64,000 bases of DNA from Candidatus Krumholzibacteriota bacterium (GCA_963727455.1 CAVSGG010000008.1:416001-480000), one strand, 5' to 3'. Positions 1 through 9,889 are shown, counted from the stretch's first letter. Notes: generated from the letters alone by a model not told the origin. Made by a program: numbers and translations.

Positions 1-138
1 TGCGTGGACACCTGCCCGGTTGAGGCCATCACAGTGACGGACGGCAAGGCTGAAGTGGACGCTGACGAGTGCACGGAGTGCCAAGCCTGTATCGATCCCT
101 GTCCCACTGACGCGATCTCCATGATCGAGGAAGACTGA
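1..138 (+). CDS. 2x[4Fe-4S] ferredoxin, 3' part (5' end outside window)
   Basis: Manual translation of frame 1: CVDTCPVEAI...ECTECQACIDPCPTDAISMIEED*. Contains a CxxCxxCxxxCP motif. Confidence 0.9.
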   Translation, partial: CVDTCPVEAITVTDGKAEVDADECTECQACIDPCPTDAISMIEED

Positions 139-183
139 GCGACCTAGGCAAGACCGCTCCTTTGGCGCGGAGGAAGGTTGCCC

Positions 184-441
184 ATGGAAAAGTTCGAGAA
201 CCATGTCCTTTCGGCGTGGGAATGGCGAACCCTCTCGCGTCTGCGAGAGGTTCCGGAGGGACCGCTCCGCCAGAAGCTCTTGGATCTTCTGAATGAACTC
301 GTCGCCTTCGTGCGGGAGCCCCGTTGCTCCCAGGTTCAGGCCGATGGAGTTCCCTGCGGAGCTGTCGAAGCGGATTGCGAAGAGTGTCTGAAGGTCAACG
401 AGCTGCTGGACACTCTGCACGGATCACTGCAGCGACCCTGA
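184..441 (+). CDS. small Cys-containing hypothetical protein, possibly metal-binding
   Basis: GGAGG upstream. Protein-like helical sequence with C-x8-C-x6-CEEC. An alternative TTG start lies at 178. Confidence 0.7.
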   Translation: MEKFENHVLSAWEWRTLSRLREVPEGPLRQKLLDLLNELVAFVREPRCSQVQADGVPCGAVEADCEECLKVNELLDTLHGSLQRP

Positions 442-564
442 GTTCACCGTCTCTTCTCAGAGTATGGTGTTCTCGGTCCCCCAGGCGGGGTACGCTTTCG
501 CGGCGTGCCCCGTTGTCGCTTCGAGGTGGGCGGTTTGATGTCGCCCCGGAATGAAGACCGCACC

Positions 565-1362
565 ATGTCCATCCACGAGACCCAGTTCTACGAGGATCCC
601 CTCGTCTACGACATCCTGCACGCGCCATCCACCGGCGAGGAATGCCGAGTCTTGGAGGAGCTTTTCCAGCGCCACGTGGCAAGAGAGGGAGTCCGGGGAC
701 GCTGGCTGGAGCCCGCCTGCGGATCGGGACGCTTCCTGCGCGTGCTGGGCGGCAGAGGACGACGGATCCTCGGCTTCGATCAGAATCATGCGATGATCGA
801 GTACGCCAGGAGGCGCATCGAGAGGCTCCATCTGAGCCACCGAGCGCGCGTCTTCGTCTCCACGATGGAGTCCTTCGCGACGCGAGTTCCGGCGGGAAGC
901 ATCGCCTTCGCGTTCAACACCATCAATACAATTCGTCATCTGGATTCGGACAGGGCCTTTCTCGCGCACTTCTCCGAGATGGCACGCGTACTCGCTCCCG
1001 GTGGAGTTTACGTGGTGGGTATGAGTCTCAGCGCCTACGGCGAAGAGGAGCCGAGCGAGGACGTCTGGGAGGGTCGGCGCGGCAAATGCCGGGTACATCA
1101 GCTGGTGCAGTATCTCCCGCCCGAGCCCGGTAGCCGAGGATCACGAGCGGAACAGGTCCTCTCGCATCTCACGATCGAAAGACCAACCCGCATCGAGCAC
1201 CGAGACTACCGCTATGCACTGCGCTGCTACGACAAAAAGCAGTGGCACGCACTGATTCGTAAATCCGCGCTCAGGATCGTGGAAGTAACGAGTGACGAGG
1301 GTAGTGCTATGCGGGATTTCGGCGGGAGCTACTTTCTCTACCTGCTGAAGCAGCGAGGCTGA
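565..1362 (+). CDS. class I SAM-dependent methyltransferase
   Basis: WLEPACGSGR motif I, GFDQN motif, LAPGG motif. Start uncertain (538 or 565). Confidence 0.85.
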   Translation: MSIHETQFYEDPLVYDILHAPSTGEECRVLEELFQRHVAREGVRGRWLEPACGSGRFLRVLGGRGRRILGFDQNHAMIEYARRRIERLHLSHRARVFVSTMESFATRVPAGSIAFAFNTINTIRHLDSDRAFLAHFSEMARVLAPGGVYVVGMSLSAYGEEEPSEDVWEGRRGKCRVHQLVQYLPPEPGSRGSRAEQVLSHLTIERPTRIEHRDYRYALRCYDKKQWHALIRKSALRIVEVTSDEGSAMRDFGGSYFLYLLKQRG

Positions 1363-1396
1363 GCGTGCTCTGGATTTCGACTCCCGTCACCGCTCT

Positions 1397-1765
1397 CTAG
1401 GTGGTCTGCTCGACCGTCAGGTTGAAGCGTTCCACTTCGCGCACTTCCATTTCTCCCAAACCGACTTCCTGTTCGAGATACAACAGAACGCGGTGGGGAT
1501 CGACGTCCCCGCAGGTGAAGATGTCCAGCGCGATGAGCCCCAGGTTCGCATAGCTGTGGGCGGAGACGTGGCTCTCGTCCAACATGCAAATTGCCGCGAA
1601 GCCGGGAGGAGAGTCTTGACCAAATCGATAGCGAAGCTGCGAAATGACGTTCGCTCCCGCTCGGTCGGCCGAGCGCGCCATTGCCTCGAGAAAGCTCTTG
1701 TCGTCAAGACAGATCGACTCCGGAACACCCCGGCAGTCGACGAGCAAATGTCTTCCTTTGTGCAC
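1397..1765 (-). CDS. speD: S-adenosylmethionine decarboxylase proenzyme (pyruvoyl-dependent)
   Basis: GRHLLVD, LDESHVSAHSY (E|SH cleavage site), DIFTCG. GTG start follows AAGGAG. Confidence 0.88.
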   Translation of the reverse strand: MHKGRHLLVDCRGVPESICLDDKSFLEAMARSADRAGANVISQLRYRFGQDSPPGFAAICMLDESHVSAHSYANLGLIALDIFTCGDVDPHRVLLYLEQEVGLGEMEVREVERFNLTVEQTT

Positions 1766-1862
1766 TCGGGAACTCCTTGAGATCTCCAAGTCCAGCTGGC
1801 GTCCAAACGCCCCCAGCGGAGTTCTTCCCCCACTTTGGTACGCCGGTACGGGAACGGGACAA

Positions 1863-1868
1863 ATTATA
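1863..1868 (-). promoter_or_regulatory. -10 element of a putative speD promoter
   Basis: Perfect TATAAT in an AT-rich patch about 100 nt upstream of speD. The -35 is weak. Confidence 0.5.
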
Positions 1869-1960
1869 GAATTTAGCAAGGCCGCCGCACGAGTTTTTCG
1901 CCCCTGAGTGCGTTTTTTCCAAAGAACGGCTCTGCCAGCCCAAACGGGGCCATTTCCGAC

Positions 1961-3211
1961 TCAGTGAAGCTCGCTGTCTACCCCTGCCTCCCCCTCCGTC
2001 GTGGCAATGATCGCCGCGCCGCAGGAGTCGCTGGTCACGTTGACCATGGTGCGCAGCATGTCCAGGGGGCGGTCGATGGCCAGCATGGTTCCCACGATCA
2101 GGCCCACCTGAGGGCCCTTCAGATGGATGGCGTCGGTGATGATGAAGATCATCACCAGACCGGCCGAGGGGATCCCTGCCGCGCCGATGCTGGCCAAAAG
2201 AGCGGTGACCACCACGACGAGCTGAGAGTGAAAATCGAGAGGGATCCCCATCACTTGGGCGATGAAGATGACACCCACACACTCGTAAAGGGCCGTGCCA
2301 TCCATATTGATGGTTGCGCCCATGGGCAGGACGAAGGACGACACCCGATTGCTCACGCCAACCTTCTCCTCCACGCAGCGCAGAGTCACCGGGAGAGTGG
2401 CCGAAGACGAGGAGGTCGAAAACGCCATGAGCATGGCCTCGGACATGTTCCTGTAGTGAAGGTGCGGCCTGAGCCGGCCCACGAATTTCAGCAATAGAGG
2501 CAGGGTGAGGAAGAGATGGATGGTGAGACCCAAGACGATGGTGAGCATGTACAGACCGAGAGAACTCAAGGCACTCAGTCCGGATCGCGCCGCCGCTGTC
2601 GTGATCAAGCCGAGCACTCCCAGAGGAGCCAGGCGAATGATGCCCGCGGTAATCACCATCATGAGCTCGAACGCGGCGTCCACGAATCCGCCAAGAGTTT
2701 CGCGCTCCTTTCTCGGCAGTCCCAGAATGCCCACACCACAGAGAATCGAGAAGAAGATGATCGCGAGCATGTCTCCGTTCGCCATGGCCGCCACCGGATT
2801 GGTGGGAATGAGGCGATAGAATATCTCGGTCAGGCTGCCGGGAGTCTGGAGGGTGGGAAGCGCGCTCGAAGCCGCCTGGCCTAGATCTGCCCCCACTCCC
2901 GGCTTGATGAGGTTCACCAACACGAGCCCGGTGAGGACCGCGACGAGGCTGGTGGAGATGTAGTAGACGAGGGTCTTGATCGAGAGACGCCCGAGTTTGG
3001 CGCCTGCCCCGGCCGAGATGACTCCGGAGATGATGCTGGTGAAGATCAAAGGGACGATCACCATGCGCAACAGGCGCACGAACATGGTGCCCATCCATCC
3101 CACCCAGGAAACCGCTCCCTCAGAGAAAAACACTCCGAGAACCGCGCCCACGAGCATGGCGGCGAAGACCTGATTGTGCAGCTTTTTGTACCAGGGATGC
3201 GGGTTGGTCAT
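1961..3211 (-). CDS. dicarboxylate/amino acid:cation symporter (DAACS, GltP-like)
   Basis: AFSTSSSSATLP, GATINMDGTALY and DMLRTMVNV motifs; multiple TM helices. Confidence 0.95.
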   Translation of the reverse strand: MTNPHPWYKKLHNQVFAAMLVGAVLGVFFSEGAVSWVGWMGTMFVRLLRMVIVPLIFTSIISGVISAGAGAKLGRLSIKTLVYYISTSLVAVLTGLVLVNLIKPGVGADLGQAASSALPTLQTPGSLTEIFYRLIPTNPVAAMANGDMLAIIFFSILCGVGILGLPRKERETLGGFVDAAFELMMVITAGIIRLAPLGVLGLITTAAARSGLSALSSLGLYMLTIVLGLTIHLFLTLPLLLKFVGRLRPHLHYRNMSEAMLMAFSTSSSSATLPVTLRCVEEKVGVSNRVSSFVLPMGATINMDGTALYECVGVIFIAQVMGIPLDFHSQLVVVVTALLASIGAAGIPSAGLVMIFIITDAIHLKGPQVGLIVGTMLAIDRPLDMLRTMVNVTSDSCGAAIIATTEGEAGVDSELH

Positions 3212-3253
3212 GGTCGATGGATCATGCCCATCCTTCGCCGCTTTGACAAGCGT

Positions 3254-4654
3254 CTACGCCCAGGGCCTTCCCCACTGGGCTGGAAGAAGCAGGGCGAAGA
3301 TACTTCCCTCTCCTTCGATGCTCTTCACCAAGAGCTCGCCGTTGATTTCCTTCACCAGCCTCCGGCAGCTCGCCAATCCCATGCCTGCGCCACGAACGCC
3401 CTTCAGGGGGGAATTGCTGGCCTGGGCGAAGGGCTCGAAGATGGACGTGAGTTCGTCCTTGGGGATCCCGATTCCCGAGTCGATGATCTCCAGCACCACG
3501 CACATGTCGCGCGCCGGGTGGGGTCCCGGCGGAGGACTCTCTCCGGGCAAGAAGATGGGAAGAAGCTGACGATCGCTGCAGCCGTCCAGGATCTCGCGGT
3601 ACAGTGGCAGGCGGTCGACCTGTGGCCTTGAGATCCACCATTCCCGCGAAGTTGCATAGCAGTGGACCGCAGCCCAGGGAAAGTCCTTGCGGGCATAGCT
3701 CTGCGCGTTCTGCAGAATGCCTTGCAGCACTGCCTTCACCTTCGCGGGATCCATGCGTACGTTGGCTTCGGGCTCGAAGAGATGCCCTTCGGCAATGTGG
3801 AATCCGCTGAGGTCCTGCTTGTAAAGCAGAGGACTCAGGACCTCGGAAATGAACTGGGGCTGTGTCATCGAGAGAAGTTCGGACGGCGGGTGCAGACCGT
3901 CATCTTCGGTGGAATCCGCCACCCGAAGCAGCGATTGCACCAGTTCGCTGAGCCGATCGACCGCCTCCTGGTGCATGTCGAAGAGCTCGACTTGCTTCTC
4001 GGGCTCCGCCTCCCGGGCGAGTTCGACTGCGCTCTTGGCCACCATGAGCGGTGTGTTGAACTCGTGGCTCACGTGGTCGAGAATCACTCTACGCAGTCGC
4101 TCGGCCTCTTCGATCTTCAGTTTCGCACGCAGCATGTGCTCGTAGGTGAGCGCGCGCTGGACCATCGTCCCGATCACCAGGCCCATGGCGGCCAGGACGC
4201 TCTCCTCGGCATCATCGAGACGTCGTCCGGGGATTCGGCCTCCCAAGAGAAGGAGCGCCACCGGACGCTTCGAGTCGCGCAGGTAGGCGGCATACTGGAA
4301 CTTTTTCAAGATTTCCGCCGGCATTCCCCACCAAGGGTCGATGTCGACCGTGCACGCGTTCCCCGACAACACCGACTCCATGGTCTCGGTATTGGGGATG
4401 GCCTCGGGCAGCTCCGTGCAGTCGACCCCCACCGCCTGGCAGATGCGGAAACGGGTGCGCCCGCCCGAGGGGAGATAGAGCGCCACCTGCTGCACCCGGA
4501 ATTGGCCTGCCACGGTGAGCAGCGAGAGCTTCGCGACTTGCTCGAGCTCCAGTGTGTTCCCCAGGGCCTTGATGAGTTCGAAGAGGGCCTCGAAGGAACG
4601 GCTTTGAAGCTGAAGACGCACGGACAACTCGTCCCTCGCGTGAAGGTCGGTCAT
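3254..4654 (-). CDS. cytoplasmic sensor histidine kinase (GAF-like + HisKA + HATPase)
   Basis: VSHEFNTPL H-box, N-box, DSGIGI, FEPF, GAGMGL. Start overlaps the upstream stop as ATGA, so the longer called ORF start at 5512 is unlikely. Confidence 0.88.
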   Translation of the reverse strand: MTDLHARDELSVRLQLQSRSFEALFELIKALGNTLELEQVAKLSLLTVAGQFRVQQVALYLPSGGRTRFRICQAVGVDCTELPEAIPNTETMESVLSGNACTVDIDPWWGMPAEILKKFQYAAYLRDSKRPVALLLLGGRIPGRRLDDAEESVLAAMGLVIGTMVQRALTYEHMLRAKLKIEEAERLRRVILDHVSHEFNTPLMVAKSAVELAREAEPEKQVELFDMHQEAVDRLSELVQSLLRVADSTEDDGLHPPSELLSMTQPQFISEVLSPLLYKQDLSGFHIAEGHLFEPEANVRMDPAKVKAVLQGILQNAQSYARKDFPWAAVHCYATSREWWISRPQVDRLPLYREILDGCSDRQLLPIFLPGESPPPGPHPARDMCVVLEIIDSGIGIPKDELTSIFEPFAQASNSPLKGVRGAGMGLASCRRLVKEINGELLVKSIEGEGSIFALLLPAQWGRPWA

Positions 4655-5403
4655 CGCTCCACCTTCTTGAAGAAGCCCACTCGGTTCCCCGAGCCGTCGA
4701 AACTGTGTTCGTAATGATCGAGCAAACCGCAGAACCAGCCCGCTTCTACCGAAGAGCGTCCGCAGCGTGTGGTGGATTCTGGATTGAGATGCGCTCCACC
4801 GAGGGAAGAGGGATCGAAGGGCGGTCCATCGTCGCTCATCCAGCCTTCGATGCCCTCGTCCCGAAAGCGCAAGGTGAGTTCGAGCAACTGCGCTACCTGG
4901 GGCGAGCTCTCGTCCCGCAGGGCCACGGCATGGTCCAGAAACTGAGAACCGATTTCGAAGAGAGCGGTGCGCAATTCGAAGAGGCTGGGATCCTCGTTGC
5001 CCCAGGTGGCCAGGATCATGACCAGGCCGGCGTCCAGCACCGCGCGGCTCTCGGCGTTCGCGGCCAGTTGCATCTCGTAGTAGGGCTTTCCCTCCTGCAT
5101 ACATCCCCGCAATTGCAGGGACGAGGTCCGACTCGCGCCGGCTCCCTGCCCCAGGGAGAAGGGCAAAGTTCCCAAACAGGCACGACACTTTCCGCGGCGT
5201 TCGGGGCCCATGTAAGCCTCCAGTTGGGTGATTCCGCCCTTGGAACTCGCGAAATGGAGCAGCACTCCGGAGAAGCCCAGGTCCAGAGCGACCTCGGCCA
5301 GCCTGGCGAAGTCCTCTCGCACACGGAGGGTATTTCCCGTCAGCGCGAGGAAGGATGCGGAACGCTGAGCCTCGTTGAAGGATTCGAGTAGGAGCATGAG
5401 CAC
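4651..5403 (-). CDS. RsbW-like anti-sigma/ATP-binding domain protein (degenerate) with STAS-like N-terminus
   Basis: C-terminal ALFEIGSQFLDHA...SDDGPPFDP...GN resembles the HATPase_c_2 fold. Confidence 0.55.
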   Translation of the reverse strand: MLMLLLESFNEAQRSASFLALTGNTLRVREDFARLAEVALDLGFSGVLLHFASSKGGITQLEAYMGPERRGKCRACLGTLPFSLGQGAGASRTSSLQLRGCMQEGKPYYEMQLAANAESRAVLDAGLVMILATWGNEDPSLFELRTALFEIGSQFLDHAVALRDESSPQVAQLLELTLRFRDEGIEGWMSDDGPPFDPSSLGGAHLNPESTTRCGRSSVEAGWFCGLLDHYEHSFDGSGNRVGFFKKVER

Positions 5404-5629
5404 TGGCCCGGCGGCTATTTTTTGGCCGCTGGCACCGGGGAAAAGGGTGTCGATCGCGCCACAGTGGGGCCCGATTGCCTCGGAAACCCCGTGCGCGCTC
5501 TCGGGTGTGCAAGACCTATTCCCCGATTGGTGGGTTCAGGCCCCAAAGGGAGGCGCCGCGGAACTCGATTCCCGCGACGCCTCCGGGAGCCGACCCCGCC
5601 GGTGCGGCTCCCCCACGCTGTGACGCGAG

Positions 5630-6634
5630 CTACCAGCCACCGATCAGAGAGTCGGCGCTGGTGGTAGCCACTCGAGTCTCGCTCCCTTGCTGCTCAGCCT
5701 GGAGCTCCTGGTAGGCCACCACCGCCCTCACCCGCTCAGCGCTCGTGCCCGCAGTATCATGTCCCAGCTCCAGAGCCTGCTCGTAGGACGCGACGGCCTC
5801 GGCCAGATGACCCAAATGTTCCTCCACCACGCCCAGGTTGTTCTGGAAGCTGGCGACATCGGGACGCAAGCTGATCGCCGTGCGCAGCGGTTGCTCGGCT
5901 TCCTCGAAGCGCGATTCCAGGATCCTCAGATAGGCCAGGTTGTTCCAGGCCCACGCGTGCTCGGGATCGAACTGAACCGCCTTGGTGAAAGCGGCTTCCG
6001 CTTCTGGACGATTTCCCTGCTCGAGCTCCACGCGGCCGAGGACCTCCCAGGCATCGGCATACTCCAGCTGCAGATCGAGCGCGGAATCCACGACTTCGCG
6101 CGCGGTCTGCGGTTCTTCAGCCGCCAGATATGCCCGCGCGAGATTCACCTGGTAGCGGGCCGCTTCCGGTTTCAACTCGACAGCGCGCTCCAATTCGCTC
6201 ACGGCAAGATCCGTCTCCTGGAGCTTCAGATAGCAGAGACCGAGGAGGTAGTGCCGGCCCGCGCGGTTCTCCTGCGCGCGCACCGCCCCTTCCAGTGCCC
6301 CCCGCGCTGCGGCGTAGTCGCCTTGTTCGTAGAGATCGCAGCCAGTCGGCCAGGCGTCTTCCTCGTCCTCGCTCGCCTCAGCGAGGGCGGACTCCTGGTC
6401 CGACGTGGCGCGGGACGGGCTTGCGTTCGAGTTCTTTGCCAGAGGCGCCGCGGTCGCGCCCTCCGGCCCCACGGCGAGCTTGGCCGCGTCCCTTGCCGGC
6501 TCGGGGCTTTGGGCCGCGCTCGCGGTGGCGGATTCGGGGGTGGTTGGGTCCGGCTCCTGGCTGGACTGGGTCAAGAAGATGAGGACGTAGACGATCAGGG
6601 CCGAGCCCAAGAGCGGAATGAGAGTCCATTTCAT
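5630..6634 (-). CDS. membrane-anchored tetratricopeptide repeat protein
   Basis: N-terminal hydrophobic helix, Ala/Pro/Ser-rich linker, then several TPRs (HYLLGLCY, AWNNLAYL, FQNNLGV). RBS GAAAGGA. Confidence 0.88.
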   Translation of the reverse strand: MKWTLIPLLGSALIVYVLIFLTQSSQEPDPTTPESATASAAQSPEPARDAAKLAVGPEGATAAPLAKNSNASPSRATSDQESALAEASEDEEDAWPTGCDLYEQGDYAAARGALEGAVRAQENRAGRHYLLGLCYLKLQETDLAVSELERAVELKPEAARYQVNLARAYLAAEEPQTAREVVDSALDLQLEYADAWEVLGRVELEQGNRPEAEAAFTKAVQFDPEHAWAWNNLAYLRILESRFEEAEQPLRTAISLRPDVASFQNNLGVVEEHLGHLAEAVASYEQALELGHDTAGTSAERVRAVVAYQELQAEQQGSETRVATTSADSLIGGW

Positions 6635-6687
6635 GGTGGTGTCCTTTCGCTGAAGGCAGAGGGGAGAGTTCCCGGATTCTCCCCTTC

Positions 6688-6702
6688 GCAGTCTGCGCGC
6701 CA
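6688..6702 (-). promoter_or_regulatory. sigma-54 -24/-12 promoter of the TPR gene
   Basis: Minus strand TGGCGCGCAGACTGC has exact GG-N10-GC spacing. Confidence 0.7.
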
Positions 6703-6718
6703 CCTCGAGTCACTTTTG

Positions 6719-6731
6719 TAACGTATTGTTT
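6719..6731 (-). promoter_or_regulatory. IHF-like site
   Basis: AAACAATACGTTA, one mismatch to WATCAANNNNTTR, in an AT-rich tract between promoter and UAS. Confidence 0.5.
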
Positions 6732-6776
6732 TGAAAGAAGCTACAGTGTTTTAACTGGAACAGGGGTCCAGGAATA

Positions 6777-6862
6777 CCGTGTCACTCCAGACACGGAATT
6801 GCGGGCGATACGTCCAAGCGACGCAGTCCCAGGAGCTTGCGTAGTGTGTCAAAACAGACACA
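6777..6862. promoter_or_regulatory. upstream activator sequences (GTGTC-N6-GACAC, two copies plus one degenerate)
   Basis: CCGTGTC-actcca-GACACGG (6777-6796), TGTGTC-aaaaca-GACACA (6845-6862), and weaker TACGTC-caagc-GACGCA (6809-6825). Confidence 0.7.
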
Positions 6863-6881
6863 GAACGAAGAGGGGACCCGC

Positions 6882-8228
6882 TCAGGATTTCCCCAGACTG
6901 AGACCCAGCGCCCGGGCCTTCTTGTAGAGGTGGCTGCGCTCCAGTCCGAGGCGCCGTGCGGCCTCGCTCACGTTGCCCTGAGCTCCCCGGAGGGCACGGA
7001 GGATGGCTCTGCGCTCGGCCTCCTCCACGAGGGAGCGTAAGCTCGTCCCCTCCTCTCCCGTCGCGGACTCGGTACCCAGGGCGGAGAGTACCGCACTCTC
7101 TTGGATGCTCTCGCTGGTGGAGAGAATGGCGAGGCGTTCGACCATGTTGCGCAGCTCACGAATGTTGCCGGGCCAGTCGTAGCGCCCCAGGGCTCGCAGG
7201 GCCCCCGCTGCGAAGCGTCGCGGGGGCAATTTCTGCCGCGCGACTTCCAGCGCGAGAAAATGCTCCGCCAAAAGAGGCAAATCCTCCATGTGCTCCCTCA
7301 GGGGAGGCGCGAAGAGAGGAACCACTTGGAGACGGTGATAGAGGTCTTCCCGAAAGCTCCCCTCACGCACTGCTTCGCGAAGATCGCGATGGGTCGCCGC
7401 CAAGACTCGTACGTCGAGAGTTTTGACCCGGGAACTCCCCACCTTGCAGACCTCGCCGCTCTCGAGTACCCGCAACAACTTGGCCTGCATGGTGAGCGGC
7501 ATGTCTCCGATCTCGTCCAGAAAGAGGGTTCCGCCGTCGGCCGATTCGAAAGCGCCCGCGCGCGCCGTAGTCGCGCCAGTGAAGGCTCCTCGCACGTGAC
7601 CAAAGAGCTCACTCTCGATGAGCTCGGCTGGAATCGCCGCGCAGTTCAAGGCAAGAAACGGGCGCTCACGTCGTGGACTGCCCGAATGCAAGGCTTTGGC
7701 GATGAGTTCCTTGCCGGTACCGCTCTCTCCCTGGATGAGAACTCTGGCCTGGGTCGGCGCCACCTGGCTGATCCTCTCTCTCAACGCCACGATCAGAGGC
7801 GCCTCGCCCAGAATGGTCTCGCTGAAGGCCTGGGCGCGCAGACGGGCGTTCTCTCGTTGAAGCGCGGACTTGCGCAGCGCGTTGCCAAGTGTCAACAGAG
7901 TCTTGTCGCGAGTGAGTGGCTTCTCCAAAAAATCGCTCGCCCCTGCGTGCACCGCTTTCACAGCGGTCTCGATCGTGGCGTGACCGCTCATCATCACCAC
8001 GCTCAGGTTGGGGGCGCTCGCCTTGAGCTTCTCCAGCGTCGTGAGCCCATCCATGCCCGAGAGCCGAACGTCCAGGAGAACGGCATCCACCTCCCCGTTG
8101 GCGCAGCGCTCCACCGCCTCCTCCCCGCTCTCCACACAGTCGACCTCGTAACCCGCGAGCAGGAGCATCTGCTCGAGCATGGCCCTTATGTTCCGTTCAT
8201 CGTCCACGACCAAGACGCGCCGGTTCAC
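6882..8228 (-). CDS. sigma-54-dependent response regulator (NtrC/NtrX-like)
   Basis: Receiver domain (VVDDE, LLDV, KP), [28 protein letters not shown] and Fis-type HTH. GTG start overlaps the upstream stop. Confidence 0.95.
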   Translation of the reverse strand: MNRRVLVVDDERNIRAMLEQMLLLAGYEVDCVESGEEAVERCANGEVDAVLLDVRLSGMDGLTTLEKLKASAPNLSVVMMSGHATIETAVKAVHAGASDFLEKPLTRDKTLLTLGNALRKSALQRENARLRAQAFSETILGEAPLIVALRERISQVAPTQARVLIQGESGTGKELIAKALHSGSPRRERPFLALNCAAIPAELIESELFGHVRGAFTGATTARAGAFESADGGTLFLDEIGDMPLTMQAKLLRVLESGEVCKVGSSRVKTLDVRVLAATHRDLREAVREGSFREDLYHRLQVVPLFAPPLREHMEDLPLLAEHFLALEVARQKLPPRRFAAGALRALGRYDWPGNIRELRNMVERLAILSTSESIQESAVLSALGTESATGEEGTSLRSLVEEAERRAILRALRGAQGNVSEAARRLGLERSHLYKKARALGLSLGKS

Positions 8229-9889
8229 GTGTTCTCCTCCATGGCAAGCGAGGCCTCGCGCGGCAGATCGGCGTGGATTTCCAAACCGCCGCCCTTGCGC
8301 GTGCGCGCGGACAGAACACCCTGATGACCCTCCACCACCTGTCTCGCGATGCTCAGACCCAGACCCGTTCCTCCCTCCTTCGTCGTATGATACGGCTCGC
8401 CCCAATGAGAAGCGATTTCCTCGGGCAATCCCGGTCCGCGGTCCAAGACTGCGAACCACCACCTCTCAGCGCCAGGACCGACGCCCAGAGCCAGCTCGAT
8501 TGGAGCTTGTGGCGCCGCCTGTGCCGCATTGGCAAGCAGGTTCTGCATGACGCGCCGCATCTGTTCTGGATCCACGATCACCACTCCCACCGTGGCGCGT
8601 TCGACGATCCGGAACTCGAGCTTTGGATATTGCTCGCGCACACTGGCCAAAGCCAGTTCGGCCAGGGAGAGCGCCTGCGCAGGCTGGAAGTTGAGCCTGG
8701 GAGTGCGAGCGAAATCGCGAAATTCACTCACCAGACGATCCAAACTTCCCAACTGTTCTCTGGCCGTTCCGAGGCTTGCAACGAGCGCCCTGCGCGCGGC
8801 CGGGTCCTCTCGCTGCGCCGCGGTTTCGACGTTGTCCATGGCCAGGGTCAAAGGACTCAGGGCGTTCTTGATCTCGTGCGCCACACGGCGCGCCATTTCG
8901 CGCCAGGCCGCCCGGCGCTCTGCGGAACGCATGCGCGCCTCGCTCGATTGCAAACTCTGGGAAAGATCATGCAAGGCCTTGGCGAGCTCTTTGACCTCGG
9001 TAGGTCCGCCCGCTGCGAACTCGATTTGGCGCTCTCCGGATTCCATGCGATGCACCGCTCTCCGAAGCTCGTCCAGTGGCCGGACCAGGCCGTGGGCAAG
9101 CAGCGGGGTGAGAACGAGGACGATCAGGAAACTCAAGAGGCTCAGGTGGAGAAGCCGAGTCCGCATGGACTTCAGAACGGGCAAGGAAGGTGGCTCTCCG
9201 GGATCCAGGGCCAAGGGAAGCTCGCCTTCGACCCTCCAGCTTTGGGGCAGAGGCACGCTGACGAGGGGGTGCAACGCGATACCGAGTGTGAGACTCCTCG
9301 CCCCGGATCGGCTCGCAATCTCGGTGAGACGGCCAGGAGAGAGCGCGCTCGCGCCCACCACCAGGTAGCTCTGGTTGTCGTAAACCAGCTCTCGCACAGC
9401 CCCCACCCACCAAAGGTCGCCGCTGCTGTCGTCGACGGCCCAGGACTTCCAGGCCAGAACTTTGGTGTGAGCTTGTTCGCGCAGCATGCGGTACTGCGGG
9501 TGTGTGACCCCCTGGGCCTGGGGCTTTGGCAGCTGGCTGAGGATGCGTCCCCCGGGCGAAAGGATGAGCAGGTGATCCAGCTCGAACTGCGGCGCGTGCT
9601 CGCTCGCCCACAGACGCAAGTCGCGCCGTTCGCTTCCTCCCTGGTTCTCCGCCTCTTCGAGAAAACGGCGCAGCTCCGTCGAAGACCTCAGATCCTCCAC
9701 GGAGGCCACGGTCAACGACGCCATCCGATCTAGACGGAGCTGGACTTCGTCGACCTGCCTCGTGCGCCATTCTTGTCCTCTCCGCAAGCGCATCTCGCGT
9801 AGCGAATGATCCAAAGTGAGAAGGAGTCCACCCAGGATCAGAATCGCGGAGCTGAGGAGAGCTAAGCTAAAGCGCCATCGCAAACTCAT
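8225..9889 (-). CDS. membrane sensor histidine kinase with HAMP domain (NtrY-like)
   Basis: Two TM helices, HAMP, AWREMARRVAHEIKN, DRGPG, TTKEGGTGLGL. Confidence 0.92.
   Translation of the reverse strand: MSLRWRFSLALLSSAILILGGLLLTLDHSLREMRLRRGQEWRTRQVDEVQLRLDRMASLTVASVEDLRSSTELRRFLEEAENQGGSERRDLRLWASEHAPQFELDHLLILSPGGRILSQLPKPQAQGVTHPQYRMLREQAHTKVLAWKSWAVDDSSGDLWWVGAVRELVYDNQSYLVVGASALSPGRLTEIASRSGARSLTLGIALHPLVSVPLPQSWRVEGELPLALDPGEPPSLPVLKSMRTRLLHLSLLSFLIVLVLTPLLAHGLVRPLDELRRAVHRMESGERQIEFAAGGPTEVKELAKALHDLSQSLQSSEARMRSAERRAAWREMARRVAHEIKNALSPLTLAMDNVETAAQREDPAARRALVASLGTAREQLGSLDRLVSEFRDFARTPRLNFQPAQALSLAELALASVREQYPKLEFRIVERATVGVVIVDPEQMRRVMQNLLANAAQAAPQAPIELALGVGPGAERWWFAVLDRGPGLPEEIASHWGEPYHTTKEGGTGLGLSIARQVVEGHQGVLSARTRKGGGLEIHADLPREASLAMEENT

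Noticed and set aside
4655-5512. Long N-terminal extension of the 752-aa kinase ORF
   Set aside because: It overlaps the 4651-5403 gene in another frame and is Arg-rich junk. An RBS and ATGA overlap mark the start at 4654.
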